A stretch of DNA of 63,083 bases from an uncultured Candidatus Saccharibacteria bacterium (GCA_964600255.1 CAZRIX010000006.1:1-63083), one strand, 5' to 3'. Numbered from the stretch's first letter, positions 1 to 9,463 are shown. Notes: generated from the sequence alone by a model not told the origin. Program-made: numbers and translations.

Positions 1-291
1 AACTGCGCCCTTAGTGGTATTTACTCTTTTTCCAACTGTTTGTATTTCCATACCCTCAGTATTTTTCCAAATAGGTAAATCTTTTACAGCGGTGGGATCT
101 TCTCGAACAACACCAATTGAATCATATTTAATATCTCCGGTTTTTATATTCTTTCCTTCGCGTTCAAAATATCCCGTCGGATCATCAAGGAACTCTTGCG
201 GTACAAAAGCTATAAATTCAGGTTCGATCTCCACCTTTGGTTTTGGAGCATTCTCCGGAATATTATTTTGTGGATTTGGAATTATCTCCAT
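1..291 (-). CDS. hypothetical protein, N-terminal part only (gene runs off the left edge)
   Basis: Frame is open from the ATG (complement of 289-291) to position 1, reading MEIIPNPQNNIPENAPKPKVEIEPEF... The listed + ORF 14-298 is S/F-rich and looks like its antisense shadow. Confidence 0.45.
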   Translation of the reverse strand, partial: MEIIPNPQNNIPENAPKPKVEIEPEFIAFVPQEFLDDPTGYFEREGKNIKTGDIKYDSIGVVREDPTAVKDLPIWKNTEGMEIQTVGKRVNTTKGAV

Positions 292-330
292 GTTTTGATA
301 TGTGTAGATCATGCCTACACTTTAATCAAT

Positions 331-420
331 TGGCGGATAGGGTGAGATTCGAACTCACGGCCCACTTGCGCGGGCGACAGTTTTCAAGACTGTTCCATTA
401 GACCACTCTGGCACCTATCC
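331..420 (-). tRNA. tRNA-Ser (anticodon TGA) with long variable arm and encoded CCA
   Basis: Reverse complement is GGATAGGTGCCAGAGTGG...CTTGAAAACTG...GTGAGTTCGAATCTCACCCTATCCGCCA. Cloverleaf, T-loop GTTCGAATC and anticodon loop CT-TGA-AA were read by eye. Confidence 0.85.
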
Positions 421-496
421 ATATTCAGACATATATCCGAATAGAGACATACTCTCATATTTTGATTAGATTTTCAACTTAGAGTACACTGTGGAT

Positions 497-883
497 ATGC
501 GAATACTAGGAATTGACTATGGATCAAAGAGAATTGGACTGGCACTTTCCGATGAGGGAAGGCAGTTTGCTATGCCACTTATTGTTCTAAATTCTACTAA
601 GAATCTACTAGATGAGGTATTAAAAATTGCAAAAGAAAAGGAAACGACAGAGATAGTAATGGGGGAGTCGAAGAATTATAAAGGTGAGGCGAATGTGATA
701 ATGTCTGAAAGTCTAGAATTTAAAAAACAACTAGAGACTAATGGATTGATCGTACATTTAGAACCTGAATTCATGACAAGTGCTAACGCTGAACGTTTCC
801 AAGGCAAACACGACATGTTAGACGCATCAGCCGCTGCACTTATACTGCAAAGCTTTCTTGATAAGGAAAGAGTAAAAGGGTAG
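497..883 (+). CDS. ruvX: Holliday junction resolvase-like nuclease RuvX/YqgF
   Basis: MRILGIDYGSKRIGLALSD N-terminus is typical of the YqgF family. ATG at 497 is preferred over GTG at 491. Confidence 0.8.
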   Translation: MRILGIDYGSKRIGLALSDEGRQFAMPLIVLNSTKNLLDEVLKIAKEKETTEIVMGESKNYKGEANVIMSESLEFKKQLETNGLIVHLEPEFMTSANAERFQGKHDMLDASAAALILQSFLDKERVKG

Positions 884-894
884 TATTTAAATAT

Positions 895-1296
895 ATGAAC
901 GATACACCAATAGAAACAAAGCCAGTTGAGGTCCCAGTATTACCAAAAAAGATTAGCTATGATGATTTTGCTAAGGTAGAGATACGAGCGGGCAAGATTC
1001 TATCAGCTGAGAAAATTCCAGATACGGATAAGCTTTTAAAGCTATCAGTTGATTTTGCAGAAGAGAAACCAAGACAAATAGTTTCTGGTATATCAATGCA
1101 TTTTCCAGATCCTGCAACTTTGACCGGTAAGATTTGCATGTTCGTTACAAATCTTGAACCTAGAATGATAAAGGGGTACGAGAGTAACGGGATGCTTTTT
1201 GCACTTTCAACAAACCCAACTCCAGAAAATCCAACAGGTCACTTCTCACTACTTGAACCAGTATCTTCTATTCCAGCGGGAACAAAGGCAAAATAA
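895..1296 (+). CDS. stand-alone tRNA-binding domain protein (CsaA/Trbp111-like, MetRS C-terminal-domain-like)
   Basis: FAKVEIRAGKILSAEKIPDTDKLLKLSVDF...IVSGI matches the OB-fold tRNA-binding domain pattern. Confidence 0.7.
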   Translation: MNDTPIETKPVEVPVLPKKISYDDFAKVEIRAGKILSAEKIPDTDKLLKLSVDFAEEKPRQIVSGISMHFPDPATLTGKICMFVTNLEPRMIKGYESNGMLFALSTNPTPENPTGHFSLLEPVSSIPAGTKAK

Positions 1297-1896
1297 ATGT
1301 CATTAATTTCACTACTAGATCCGCAGACAATAATTAAGGCACTCGGGTTATTTGGTGTAGTTGCAATAGTATTCACTGAGTCAGGATTATTTTTCGGATT
1401 CTTCTTACCAGGAGACTCACTGCTTTTTACTGCTGGTTTTCTTGCTTCACAAGGGTATATGCCAATCATTTGGCTACTTGTATTGTCGTTTGTTGCAGCT
1501 GTAGCGGGGGATAATGTCGGTTATTATTTTGGTAAAAAAACTGGACCGAAGATTTTTACAAAGGAAGATTCTTTTTTCTTTAGAAAAAGTCATATAGATA
1601 AGGCTAGAGCATTCTATGAGCGATACGGTAAGATGACGATTATACTAGCTCGTTTCGTTCCGGTGGTTAGAACTTTTGTACCTATAGTTGCTGGGGTGGG
1701 GCAGATGGATTACAAAACTTTTTTTAAATTCAATATCATCGGAGGATTCCTATGGACATGGGGAATAGTTTTGATGGGATATCTATTGGGTAACATTATT
1801 CCAAATGCGGAACACTATTTAACACCCATTGTTCTCGTTATTATTGTGGTGTCTTTTGTTCCTGGTATTATCGAACTTATTAGACACAGAAAATAG
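1297..1896 (+). CDS. DedA/SNARE-associated family membrane protein
   Basis: Multi-TM protein with the VVRTFVPIVAGVGQMDYKTFFKFNIIGG motif typical of DedA. Confidence 0.75.
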   Translation: MSLISLLDPQTIIKALGLFGVVAIVFTESGLFFGFFLPGDSLLFTAGFLASQGYMPIIWLLVLSFVAAVAGDNVGYYFGKKTGPKIFTKEDSFFFRKSHIDKARAFYERYGKMTIILARFVPVVRTFVPIVAGVGQMDYKTFFKFNIIGGFLWTWGIVLMGYLLGNIIPNAEHYLTPIVLVIIVVSFVPGIIELIRHRK

Positions 1897-1934
1897 TGCT
1901 ATAATAATTGATAAATATTTGTATATTTATCAAT

Positions 1935-2906
1935 ATGTTTACAAAGACCTTTTTTAAATTATTTCCTCCGCCAAAGTATTTGAATATTCCTTATGCTGGT
2001 CTAGATATTTCTGATGATGCTATCCGCTGTATCGAATATGGAGAAAGTCATCATGGATACGTTCTAAAGCGTTATGGTTTTAGGGTCCTTAAACCGGGAA
2101 TCATAGACTCAGGACATATAAAGGATGAAAAGGCCCTAGTAACTGAATTAACCGCACTAGTTAAGGAATTGAAGATATCTACAATCAAAGCATCTCTACC
2201 AGAAGAGAGAATGTATCTATTCAAAACAGAAGTACCTGATGTCGATGAAGATCAGATTCGTCAGAATATTGAGTTTAAATTGGAAGAAAATGTACCAATA
2301 CCAGCTTCCGATGCTATTTTCTTTTTCGATAAACTTCCAGCTAATCTAAGTAAAGGGAAGACATACGCCAGTGTGTCTGTTGCTCCAAGAGAACTTGTAG
2401 ATAGCTATCTAAAAGCGCTTAAGCAAGCAGGGTTAACAACTGTATCTTTTGAGATTCAAGCAAAGGCTATTGCTCGTGCTGTTGTGGATCATGACTCTAG
2501 TGATACTCAATTAATTGTTCATGTAATGAACAAAAAAACTGGGATATACGTCGTATCAAGTGGAGTGGTGTGTTTTACTACGACAATAAATTGGGGAGGC
2601 GAATTGATTAGAAATAAAAATATAGCAGATGTACCAGATGCCGTTTTTTCTTTGAGACATGAAATAGAAAGAGTATACATTTACTGGTCACAACATGGTG
2701 AGAATCAACCAATCAAGTCGATAATAATATCAGGACATGATGCACCAGCAATCAGCCAGATTTCTCATCTATCACCTGATAATAAACTGCAGCTAGTCGT
2801 AGCTGATGTATGGAAGAATGCTTTTTCTATAAATCACTATGTACCGAAGATTGTTTTTGAAGACTCACTTGATTATGCAATAGCAGCTGGATTAGCTTTA
2901 CCCTAA
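1935..2906 (+). CDS. pilM: PilM-like (actin-like ATPase fold) type IV pilus assembly protein
   Basis: About 320 aa with GLDISDDAIRCIEY near the N-terminus, followed by PilN/PilO-like single-TM genes. ATG 1935 lies downstream of TATAAT at about 1899; the track start 1908 is TTG. Confidence 0.55.
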   Translation: MFTKTFFKLFPPPKYLNIPYAGLDISDDAIRCIEYGESHHGYVLKRYGFRVLKPGIIDSGHIKDEKALVTELTALVKELKISTIKASLPEERMYLFKTEVPDVDEDQIRQNIEFKLEENVPIPASDAIFFFDKLPANLSKGKTYASVSVAPRELVDSYLKALKQAGLTTVSFEIQAKAIARAVVDHDSSDTQLIVHVMNKKTGIYVVSSGVVCFTTTINWGGELIRNKNIADVPDAVFSLRHEIERVYIYWSQHGENQPIKSIIISGHDAPAISQISHLSPDNKLQLVVADVWKNAFSINHYVPKIVFEDSLDYAIAAGLALP

Positions 2907-2910
2907 AAAC

Positions 2911-3474
2911 ATGATTCACTACACACTTCTACCTTCACAAGAACTTAAACTACTCAAGAAAGAGTATAGAATTCGAGTGACTATATACATGATGTTTTTC
3001 CTTTCATTTGTAATTCTTCTAGGTATCTGCGCATTACTGCCAGCTTATATATATTCATTTAGTCAGGAAAGAGCTCTGCTCGCTAGATTGGGGGAGTTGC
3101 AGAAAAGTAGAGCGTCTAGAGGGGCTGATGAAATCAAAAAAGAATTATCTGATAGTACAGAGCTGATTAAAAGATTAAAGAATCACAGATCTCCTATAGT
3201 TTATTCCAGCTTAGTTTCTCAGGTTATAGGTTATAAGACTAGTGGGGTTGGTATAAAGTCGATATCAGTTAAAGTTGAAAATCCACAAGCTACCACCACT
3301 CAAGTTATAATTATTGTTCAGGGTGTAGCTGAATCAAGAGAGGGTCTCATACAGTTTAGGGATAGGTTAGAAGCGGATCCTTTGGTCACAAAGGTTGAAC
3401 TTCCTATTTCGGATCTGGCAAAAAGCAAGAATATATCGTATTCGATTAAGATTGAAACAATTAAAAATATATGA
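2911..3474 (+). CDS. PilN-like single-pass membrane protein
   Basis: Short cytoplasmic N-terminus, one TM helix (MMFFLSFVILLGICALLPAYIY), then a periplasmic domain. Sits directly after the pilM-like gene. Confidence 0.5.
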   Translation: MIHYTLLPSQELKLLKKEYRIRVTIYMMFFLSFVILLGICALLPAYIYSFSQERALLARLGELQKSRASRGADEIKKELSDSTELIKRLKNHRSPIVYSSLVSQVIGYKTSGVGIKSISVKVENPQATTTQVIIIVQGVAESREGLIQFRDRLEADPLVTKVELPISDLAKSKNISYSIKIETIKNI

Positions 3475-3989
3475 AAATGAACCATAGACATTATGTATTG
3501 ATAATATTCGCAATAGCATCTATTGCTGTGGTTTCAATGGCATATTTTTTAATACGCAGACAGACTATTGTACAAGCGATTCATTATGTTAATGCAACTA
3601 AGGAATTAGCCAATGAAGATATAATTAAGCAAAAGGAGCAAGAATTGCAAAAGATTCACGATGATACTGAGGAACAACGCTCAGGTTTGTCTAGTAGATT
3701 AATAAAGGAGGATAAAGCAGTTACTTTTATTGAAATGGTCGAAAAGGTTGGTACAGAGTCAAATACAAAATTAGAATTAGGGTCAATAACGTCATCCACA
3801 GGTCTACTTAAAGCTAATATTAATGTGATCGGTTCGTGGGCAAATGTTATGACTGCACTTACTCTACTTGAAAATTTACCCTTCAGTTCTGTTATATCTG
3901 ATGTAGATCTGGGCACTTCTGCAGTATCAGGGAAGGCGGCTAAAACATGGATTTTGAATTTGAGTATTGAAGCTTTAACCATAAAATAA
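3471..3989 (+). CDS. PilO-like single-pass membrane protein with coiled coil
   Basis: One TM helix followed by a coiled-coil segment. The ATGA overlap with the upstream stop suggests translational coupling. Confidence 0.45.
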   Translation: MKMNHRHYVLIIFAIASIAVVSMAYFLIRRQTIVQAIHYVNATKELANEDIIKQKEQELQKIHDDTEEQRSGLSSRLIKEDKAVTFIEMVEKVGTESNTKLELGSITSSTGLLKANINVIGSWANVMTALTLLENLPFSSVISDVDLGTSAVSGKAAKTWILNLSIEALTIK

Positions 3990-3990
3990 A

Positions 3991-4323
3991 ATGAATAATC
4001 TATTCACAAAAAAATTCATGAAGGTCCCCAAGGTTCCTTTGACACATATGTTTAGGGAGATGGGAAGAAACGCGTTTGTGGATTGGGTACTCATCCTAAT
4101 ATTTAATTTCATTGTTCTCATTGCAGTTCTTGCTTATGGATTCTATTTGTACTGGCAGATTTCTAGTGGAAAATTCGTGGCTGTCGAGCAAGAATCAGCA
4201 AAAGAAGAGAAAATATTTAACAAAAAAGATCTTGATAGTGTGATTAATATGTTCGAATCTAGAGAAGACAGCAGCGAACTAATTAAGAGGGGATATCGCG
4301 GTCCAAGTGATCCATCTCTATAG
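3991..4323 (+). CDS. small single-TM membrane protein, last gene of the pilMNO-like operon
   Basis: One hydrophobic helix (VDWVLILIFNFIVLIAVLAYGFYLYW), with a 1-nt gap to the previous gene. Confidence 0.5.
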   Translation: MNNLFTKKFMKVPKVPLTHMFREMGRNAFVDWVLILIFNFIVLIAVLAYGFYLYWQISSGKFVAVEQESAKEEKIFNKKDLDSVINMFESREDSSELIKRGYRGPSDPSL

Positions 4324-4365
4324 GGGCTTTATATTTTTACTGTTTTCTGCTATCCTCTATTAATC

Positions 4366-4437
4366 GCCCTTGTAGTTCAATGGATAGAACTGCGGACTTC
4401 TAAGCCGTCGATGTTGGTTCGATTCCAACCAAGGGCA
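4366..4437 (+). tRNA. tRNA-Arg (anticodon TCT)
   Basis: GCCCTTGTAGTTCAATGGATAGAAC...CT-TCT-AA...GGTTCGATTCCAACCAAGGGCA. Acceptor stem GCCCTTG/CAAGGGC. Confidence 0.85.
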
Positions 4438-4493
4438 CAACTTGTAAATATTTGGCACTTAGAAACTATTAAAAAATAAGGTATAATTTTCAT

Positions 4494-7274
4494 ATGGAAA
4501 AATTTACACAGTCTAATGGTTCTCTGAATCTTGGTAGTCCAGAAGAGGAAATTGTTTTTCTAAGAAAACAATTGGCTGAAAAAGAAAGGGAAGTAATGCT
4601 TCGATCAGCAGAGCTCAATGTTAAACCTGAGAATGTCTCAGCTCATTCTACTACAGAGATTGTACGTGAATATAAAGAGATTCCGTCAAAGCAAATTCTG
4701 CATAAGGATTTTGCTATACCTACAAAAAATGTTGAGGGAATAGTGTTGGACTTGTCTCCCGAAGAGCACGACGATAAGATGTCAGAAATACTGGGCATTA
4801 TGCAGACACTTGGTATCAAGAATGCTCTAGACGTTGTTGCAAAGTTGAATGATCCACATATTCAAGATGACTTCGAGAGGTTTCTCGTACAATATTTGAA
4901 ATCAGGTCAGATGGTTGTAGGCATCGATAAGAAAGGCCCAGAGTTCAAAGCTCTCAATATGACTTTGTTTGAAATCACTTTGCCTGAGAAAAGTGATGAG
5001 GGTAAAGTAGAATCACTGAAACAAATAATTTCATCAATGGAGCAGTTCTATTCTGGAATGATGTCTGTAGATGATGAGCAGGGTACTGGTTACTATACAT
5101 TAGAACTTGCAGTGGCGAATCATAGTGACGACTTTTCATTTAACATCGCCGTGCATGATTCAAAGAAAAGTCTATTCGAGAAACAAATCCTTTCAGTCTT
5201 TCATAATGCGAAAATCATAGAGAGGAAGGATGATTACAATATTTTTAATGAAAAGGGTTCAACGGTTGCGTCATATGTGACTTTTGCAAAGAATTCAATA
5301 TGGCCTATAAAGACCTATGATCTTTTTGATTATGATCCCTTAAACAGTATTTTAAATAGTTTTTCTAAGATAAAAACAAATGGCGAGGGTGCTGCGATAC
5401 AGTTTGTTATAAAACCTCAAGACTCTTCTCATACAAAAAGATTTAAAAAAACACTAGAGGAAATAATGAAAGGGGAGAAGATTTCTACTGCGATTTCAAA
5501 TAATGCAGAAGGTATCAGTAAATACGTGGAAGGATTTTTTAAGGGAGTTTCATCGTTAGCGAAAAGTAGTGAAGATAAAGAAAAAGATAAGGAGAAGAAA
5601 AAAGAGGCAGCACAAAATGTAGACCAGATCAGTGTAGATCAGATTAAGTTGAAGATGCTGACACCTATTGAAGCTGTAAATATTAGAGTTATTTCTTCTG
5701 CGGAGAATGAAAGTAAGGCAAATGAGATTCTAGATGATATAGAATCAGCTTTTAATCAATTCGAAAATACTCACGGTAATGCACTTGTTTTCAAGAGAGT
5801 AACAAAGAATGATTTGAAGAAACTTCTATATGATTTTTCTTTCAGACTTTTTAATGAGAAGAATAGATTATTGTTGAATCTAACAGAATTAACTTCACTA
5901 ATGCATTTGCCTGCAACGGTTATCAAATCATCTCCTCACCTAAAAGTCGCAAAGGCTGGAAGTGCACCTGCGCCACTTGAGCTATCAAGAGAAGGTATAA
6001 TGCTTGGTGTAAATAGAGACAGGGGAGTAGAAACTAAAGTCCTAATGTCTCCAGAGGATCGATTAAGACATTTCTATGTTATAGGTCAGACTGGAACGGG
6101 TAAGACTACATTGCTGAAGAATATGATTACGCAAGACATCCTTAATGGTGAAGGTGTATGTATGATCGATCCTCATGGTTCAGATATTCAAGATATTTTA
6201 TCTATTATTCCAAAACATCGATATGAAGATGTGATTTATTTCGATCCTTCATATACGGATCGTCCAATGGCGTTGAACATGCTCGAATACGATAGAAGAT
6301 TCCCAGAGCAGAAAACTTTCGTGGTGAATGAATTGCTTTCCATTTTCAATAAACTCTTTGATATGAAGACGGCAGGAGGTCCGATGTTCGAGCAATATTT
6401 CCGTAACGCAGTACTTTTGGTCATGGAAGACCCAGAGTCAGGAAACACACTACTAGATGTTTCTAGAGTCTTGGCCAACAAGGCATTTAGAGAAATGAAA
6501 CTTTCAAAGTGTAATAACCCTATCGTTGTTCAATTCTGGAAGGAGGTTGCCGAGAAGGCAGGAGGTGAGGCTTCATTGGCAAATATTGTACCGTACATCA
6601 CAAGTAAGTTTGACGTCTTTCTATCAAACGACATCATGAGACCTATTATTGCTCAGGAGAATTCTAGTATAAATTTCAGAGAAATAATGGACAGTAAAAA
6701 AATATTACTAGTAAATCTATCAAAGGGTAGACTGGGCGATATCAATGCAAACCTAATCGGTCTGATACTTGTAGGTAAAATATTGATGGCAGCACTGTCA
6801 CGTGTAGATTCACTAGGTCAAAATTTGCCACCATTCTATTTGTATATCGATGAGTTCCAGAACGTAACAACAAATTCTATCTCTACTATTTTGTCAGAGG
6901 CTCGCAAGTATAAGTTATCGCTAACAGTCGCACACCAGTTCATTGCTCAGTTGGAAGAGAAAATAAAAGATTCAGTCTTTGGAAACGTAGGTTCTATCGC
7001 AGCATTTAGGGTTGGTGCAGAAGATGCTGAATATCTAGAAAAACAGTTTGCTCAAGTATTTACAGCAAAGGATATAATGTCTATCGACAACAGAAATGCA
7101 TACTTAAAAATGTTGGCGAATGGTAGACCAGTAAAGCCATTCAATATTGAGACTTTGCCACCACCAAGTGGAAACAAAGACATTGTAGATTCAATCAAGG
7201 AATTATCGTATCTAAAATATGGCAGAAACAAGGATGAAGTAAATACAGAAATAATGTCTAAGTATAGAAAATAG
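4494..7274 (+). CDS. VirD4/TraG/TraD-like P-loop ATPase with a large (about 480 aa) uncharacterised N-terminal region
   Basis: Walker A GQTGTGKTT, Walker B-like LYIDEFQNV, and ARKYKLSLTVAHQFIAQL, which resembles the coupling-protein C-terminal motif. No N-terminal TM helices seen. Confidence 0.6.
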   Translation: MEKFTQSNGSLNLGSPEEEIVFLRKQLAEKEREVMLRSAELNVKPENVSAHSTTEIVREYKEIPSKQILHKDFAIPTKNVEGIVLDLSPEEHDDKMSEILGIMQTLGIKNALDVVAKLNDPHIQDDFERFLVQYLKSGQMVVGIDKKGPEFKALNMTLFEITLPEKSDEGKVESLKQIISSMEQFYSGMMSVDDEQGTGYYTLELAVANHSDDFSFNIAVHDSKKSLFEKQILSVFHNAKIIERKDDYNIFNEKGSTVASYVTFAKNSIWPIKTYDLFDYDPLNSILNSFSKIKTNGEGAAIQFVIKPQDSSHTKRFKKTLEEIMKGEKISTAISNNAEGISKYVEGFFKGVSSLAKSSEDKEKDKEKKKEAAQNVDQISVDQIKLKMLTPIEAVNIRVISSAENESKANEILDDIESAFNQFENTHGNALVFKRVTKNDLKKLLYDFSFRLFNEKNRLLLNLTELTSLMHLPATVIKSSPHLKVAKAGSAPAPLELSREGIMLGVNRDRGVETKVLMSPEDRLRHFYVIGQTGTGKTTLLKNMITQDILNGEGVCMIDPHGSDIQDILSIIPKHRYEDVIYFDPSYTDRPMALNMLEYDRRFPEQKTFVVNELLSIFNKLFDMKTAGGPMFEQYFRNAVLLVMEDPESGNTLLDVSRVLANKAFREMKLSKCNNPIVVQFWKEVAEKAGGEASLANIVPYITSKFDVFLSNDIMRPIIAQENSSINFREIMDSKKILLVNLSKGRLGDINANLIGLILVGKILMAALSRVDSLGQNLPPFYLYIDEFQNVTTNSISTILSEARKYKLSLTVAHQFIAQLEEKIKDSVFGNVGSIAAFRVGAEDAEYLEKQFAQVFTAKDIMSIDNRNAYLKMLANGRPVKPFNIETLPPPSGNKDIVDSIKELSYLKYGRNKDEVNTEIMSKYRK

Positions 7275-7337
7275 CCAATTGACGTAATGGTGAGTCAGGT
7301 CTAAAATTAGCTATATAATTTATCTTTAATATAAAAC

Positions 7338-8588
7338 ATGGCAACAAGAAGCCCAGAAGCAGAGAATGAAAAGTTCGGTGTCGACGCTGCCTTGAATAAA
7401 AAAGGCTTCGCAGAGTTTTTGGCGAAGCATCCTGATGCAGCAATATTCGATGTGGCTGATGAGGGCGAGCTAGAAAAACGTTTTGAGGCGTTTGAAAAAT
7501 CAACCAAATTAGCAGAAGAGTTGAAGGTACTATATCGGGATCAGATCGAGAAGGAAATGGATATAAAGTTAGATCAAAAAGATTTGGCTTCTGTTGATGT
7601 TTATATTGAGGAGCTTGCTATAAGAGATCAGGGTGAGTTAGAACGTCTTTTTAATCGATTGTATTATTTTAAAAAGTTGCCAGAGGAGATTGAGGGTTTA
7701 GAGAAAGAACTAACTGATCTTACTAAGAACGGAGATGCTGATACACTATCAGCCCTAGAGGGCACACTAGAGGGTGACGTGGATAAGTTTAAGGCGGCGA
7801 AGGGCTACTTAGGCGGTATTGGTCAAATCAAACTCTACTATCATACGGTAGCCAGATATCTTACTAAAACGTTATCAGATAAGGATTATGAAGGTGTAAA
7901 GGATCTCGATGTTAAAAAGGAAGCCGCAAGTCATCTTAAGGGTAAATATAAAGACGAACTTGCTAAAGTTGGTGCAAGGGAAGTCGAGAATAATCTTAGG
8001 AGGCAACTCGCAGATATAGATATTACATTAGGAACTATCAGCACTATTGAAAGGAGAAAAACAAGTGCGACCGAAACATTTGATAATCTCAGAATGAAAA
8101 TCTTCGGTGAGATTGGGGAAATTACTGATCTCAAAAAAGCTATAGAAAGAAAAGCCAAGGAAGAGCTGGAAGGTTTGCTTGCAAAGACCGACGTTAAATC
8201 TCTGGAACGCGCAGCACAGAGACATAAAAAGTTGTCAGAAGTAAAAGACAACACTGAGACAGGAGTGGATCCATTGAAAGATCTGAAGCCAAATGACTAT
8301 AAAGATAAAGTAGAAACAAAATTAAGAGAAAAAATATCTGATGACGTTCTGGAAAGAGTAAATAAAGCTAAACTTGGTTCAGATGCTTTAAGAAATCTAG
8401 AGAAGTCACTCGAGGACATGTTAAATAGAACTGAGGTGGGTACAAAGAAGGGCGCAGAAGCAAGAAGTTTTATTATTGATAGACTCGATGAAGTTGCAAT
8501 TAATTTAGGATTGAAGAACGATGCAGAAAGTCATGCCAAAAGACTAATCGTTAATAGAATCATTATTAAGTTACAAAAAGTAAAATAA
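7338..8588 (+). CDS. K/E-rich coiled-coil protein, function unknown
   Basis: Long ORF with heptad-like charged composition, directly downstream of the ATPase. Confidence 0.55.
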   Translation: MATRSPEAENEKFGVDAALNKKGFAEFLAKHPDAAIFDVADEGELEKRFEAFEKSTKLAEELKVLYRDQIEKEMDIKLDQKDLASVDVYIEELAIRDQGELERLFNRLYYFKKLPEEIEGLEKELTDLTKNGDADTLSALEGTLEGDVDKFKAAKGYLGGIGQIKLYYHTVARYLTKTLSDKDYEGVKDLDVKKEAASHLKGKYKDELAKVGAREVENNLRRQLADIDITLGTISTIERRKTSATETFDNLRMKIFGEIGEITDLKKAIERKAKEELEGLLAKTDVKSLERAAQRHKKLSEVKDNTETGVDPLKDLKPNDYKDKVETKLREKISDDVLERVNKAKLGSDALRNLEKSLEDMLNRTEVGTKKGAEARSFIIDRLDEVAINLGLKNDAESHAKRLIVNRIIIKLQKVK

Positions 8589-8589
8589 T

Positions 8590-8883
8590 ATGAATACAAA
8601 AATAGATTCAAAAAACATTGAGGATTTGCTGGCACAAAAAAAGTACGATGAAGTACGTGCGATCATCAGTGCATCAATACATGAAAAATTTACTGATGTA
8701 GAAAGAGGGGAGTCTCTAGTTGCAATTGCTTCAATATACATGGATATTTCCAACTCAATCAATGAGGTCTATAGAGATGCGTTAAAGGAGGCCATAGCAG
8801 GCATTGGCCAGATCAATAAGGCAGAAAGCCAGTTTAAGGATAACGTTAAATTGGAGGAGGTTAGGAGTAAATTGAATAATTAA
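8590..8883 (+). CDS. hypothetical small protein
   Basis: ORF starts 1 nt after the previous stop and has protein-like composition. Confidence 0.45.
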   Translation: MNTKIDSKNIEDLLAQKKYDEVRAIISASIHEKFTDVERGESLVAIASIYMDISNSINEVYRDALKEAIAGIGQINKAESQFKDNVKLEEVRSKLNN

Positions 8884-8953
8884 TCACACTTTGTATATAA
8901 AGGTTTAGGCGGTATAATTATGACAGTACATTATTATTAATTAATAAAAATAT

Positions 8954-9202
8954 ATGAAAGCTTTACACAATGTAGCATTTGTTCTATTGGTAGTCGGAGG
9001 ATTGAACTGGTTATTGGTAGGTCTAGCAAAGTGGGATATCGGTATGCTATTCGGAGGACAAGACAATATTATTTCAAGAATCGTTTATGTACTAGTAGGT
9101 CTATCAGCTATATACCTAGTAGCTACACACAAGAAGAGTTGTAAGGATTGCGGTGCTTGCAAGGATTGCAATACATGCGCTCCAGAAGCTCCAAAGGCTT
9201 AG
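8954..9202 (+). CDS. DUF378-family small membrane protein with Cys-rich C-terminal tail
   Basis: VAFVLLVVGGLNWLLVGLAKWDIGMLFGG matches the DUF378 pattern. The tail is CKDCGACKDCNTC. Confidence 0.6.
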   Translation: MKALHNVAFVLLVVGGLNWLLVGLAKWDIGMLFGGQDNIISRIVYVLVGLSAIYLVATHKKSCKDCGACKDCNTCAPEAPKA

Positions 9203-9219
9203 TAATCTAAAAACAAAAA

Positions 9220-9243
9220 GCACCATCGAAATGGTGTTTTTTG
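9220..9243 (+). terminator. intrinsic terminator
   Basis: CACCAT-CGAA-ATGGTG hairpin followed by a T-run. Confidence 0.6.
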
Positions 9244-9268
9244 TTTTCTATATAATTCAAACAAATTG

Positions 9269-9341
9269 TGGGCGATACAGGACTCGAACCTGTGACCTTC
9301 CCAGTGTAAATGGGTTGCTCTACCAACTGAGCTAATCGCCC
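9269..9341 (-). tRNA. tRNA-Val (anticodon TAC)
   Basis: Reverse complement is GGGCGATTAGCTCAGTTGGTAGAGCAACCCATT-TAC-ACTGGGAAGGTCACAGGTTCGAGTCCTGTATCGCCCA. Confidence 0.85.
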
Positions 9342-9463
9342 GCACGCTTTTTGGTTGTATACCTACCAAGACAGCTAATCGCCTTTATGCACTTTACTAA
9401 CACACCTCGGCACTTGTGCAATACTAGATTATCCTATATTCTCATAATTATCAAGATATACAA

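Noticed and set aside
14-298. Listed + strand ORF of 94 aa at the left edge.
   Set aside because: The S/F/G-rich sequence is not protein-like. The opposite strand has an uninterrupted, protein-like frame starting at the ATG (comp. 289-291), so this is an antisense shadow.
3471-3474. Possibility of an alternative genetic code (UGA as a sense codon, as in some CPR lineages).
   Set aside because: TGA closes well-supported genes, for example the pilN-like stop in the ATGA overlap with the next gene, and TGATAA at 17624-17629. Long housekeeping ORFs contain no in-frame TGA. The standard code 11 fits.
9153-9335. 60-aa + ORF overlapping tRNA-Val, and ORFs 11290-11508 and 11309-11506 overlapping tRNA-Leu.
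   Set aside because: They overlap confidently folded tRNA genes or the 3' end of the LAGLIDADG gene and have no start context.
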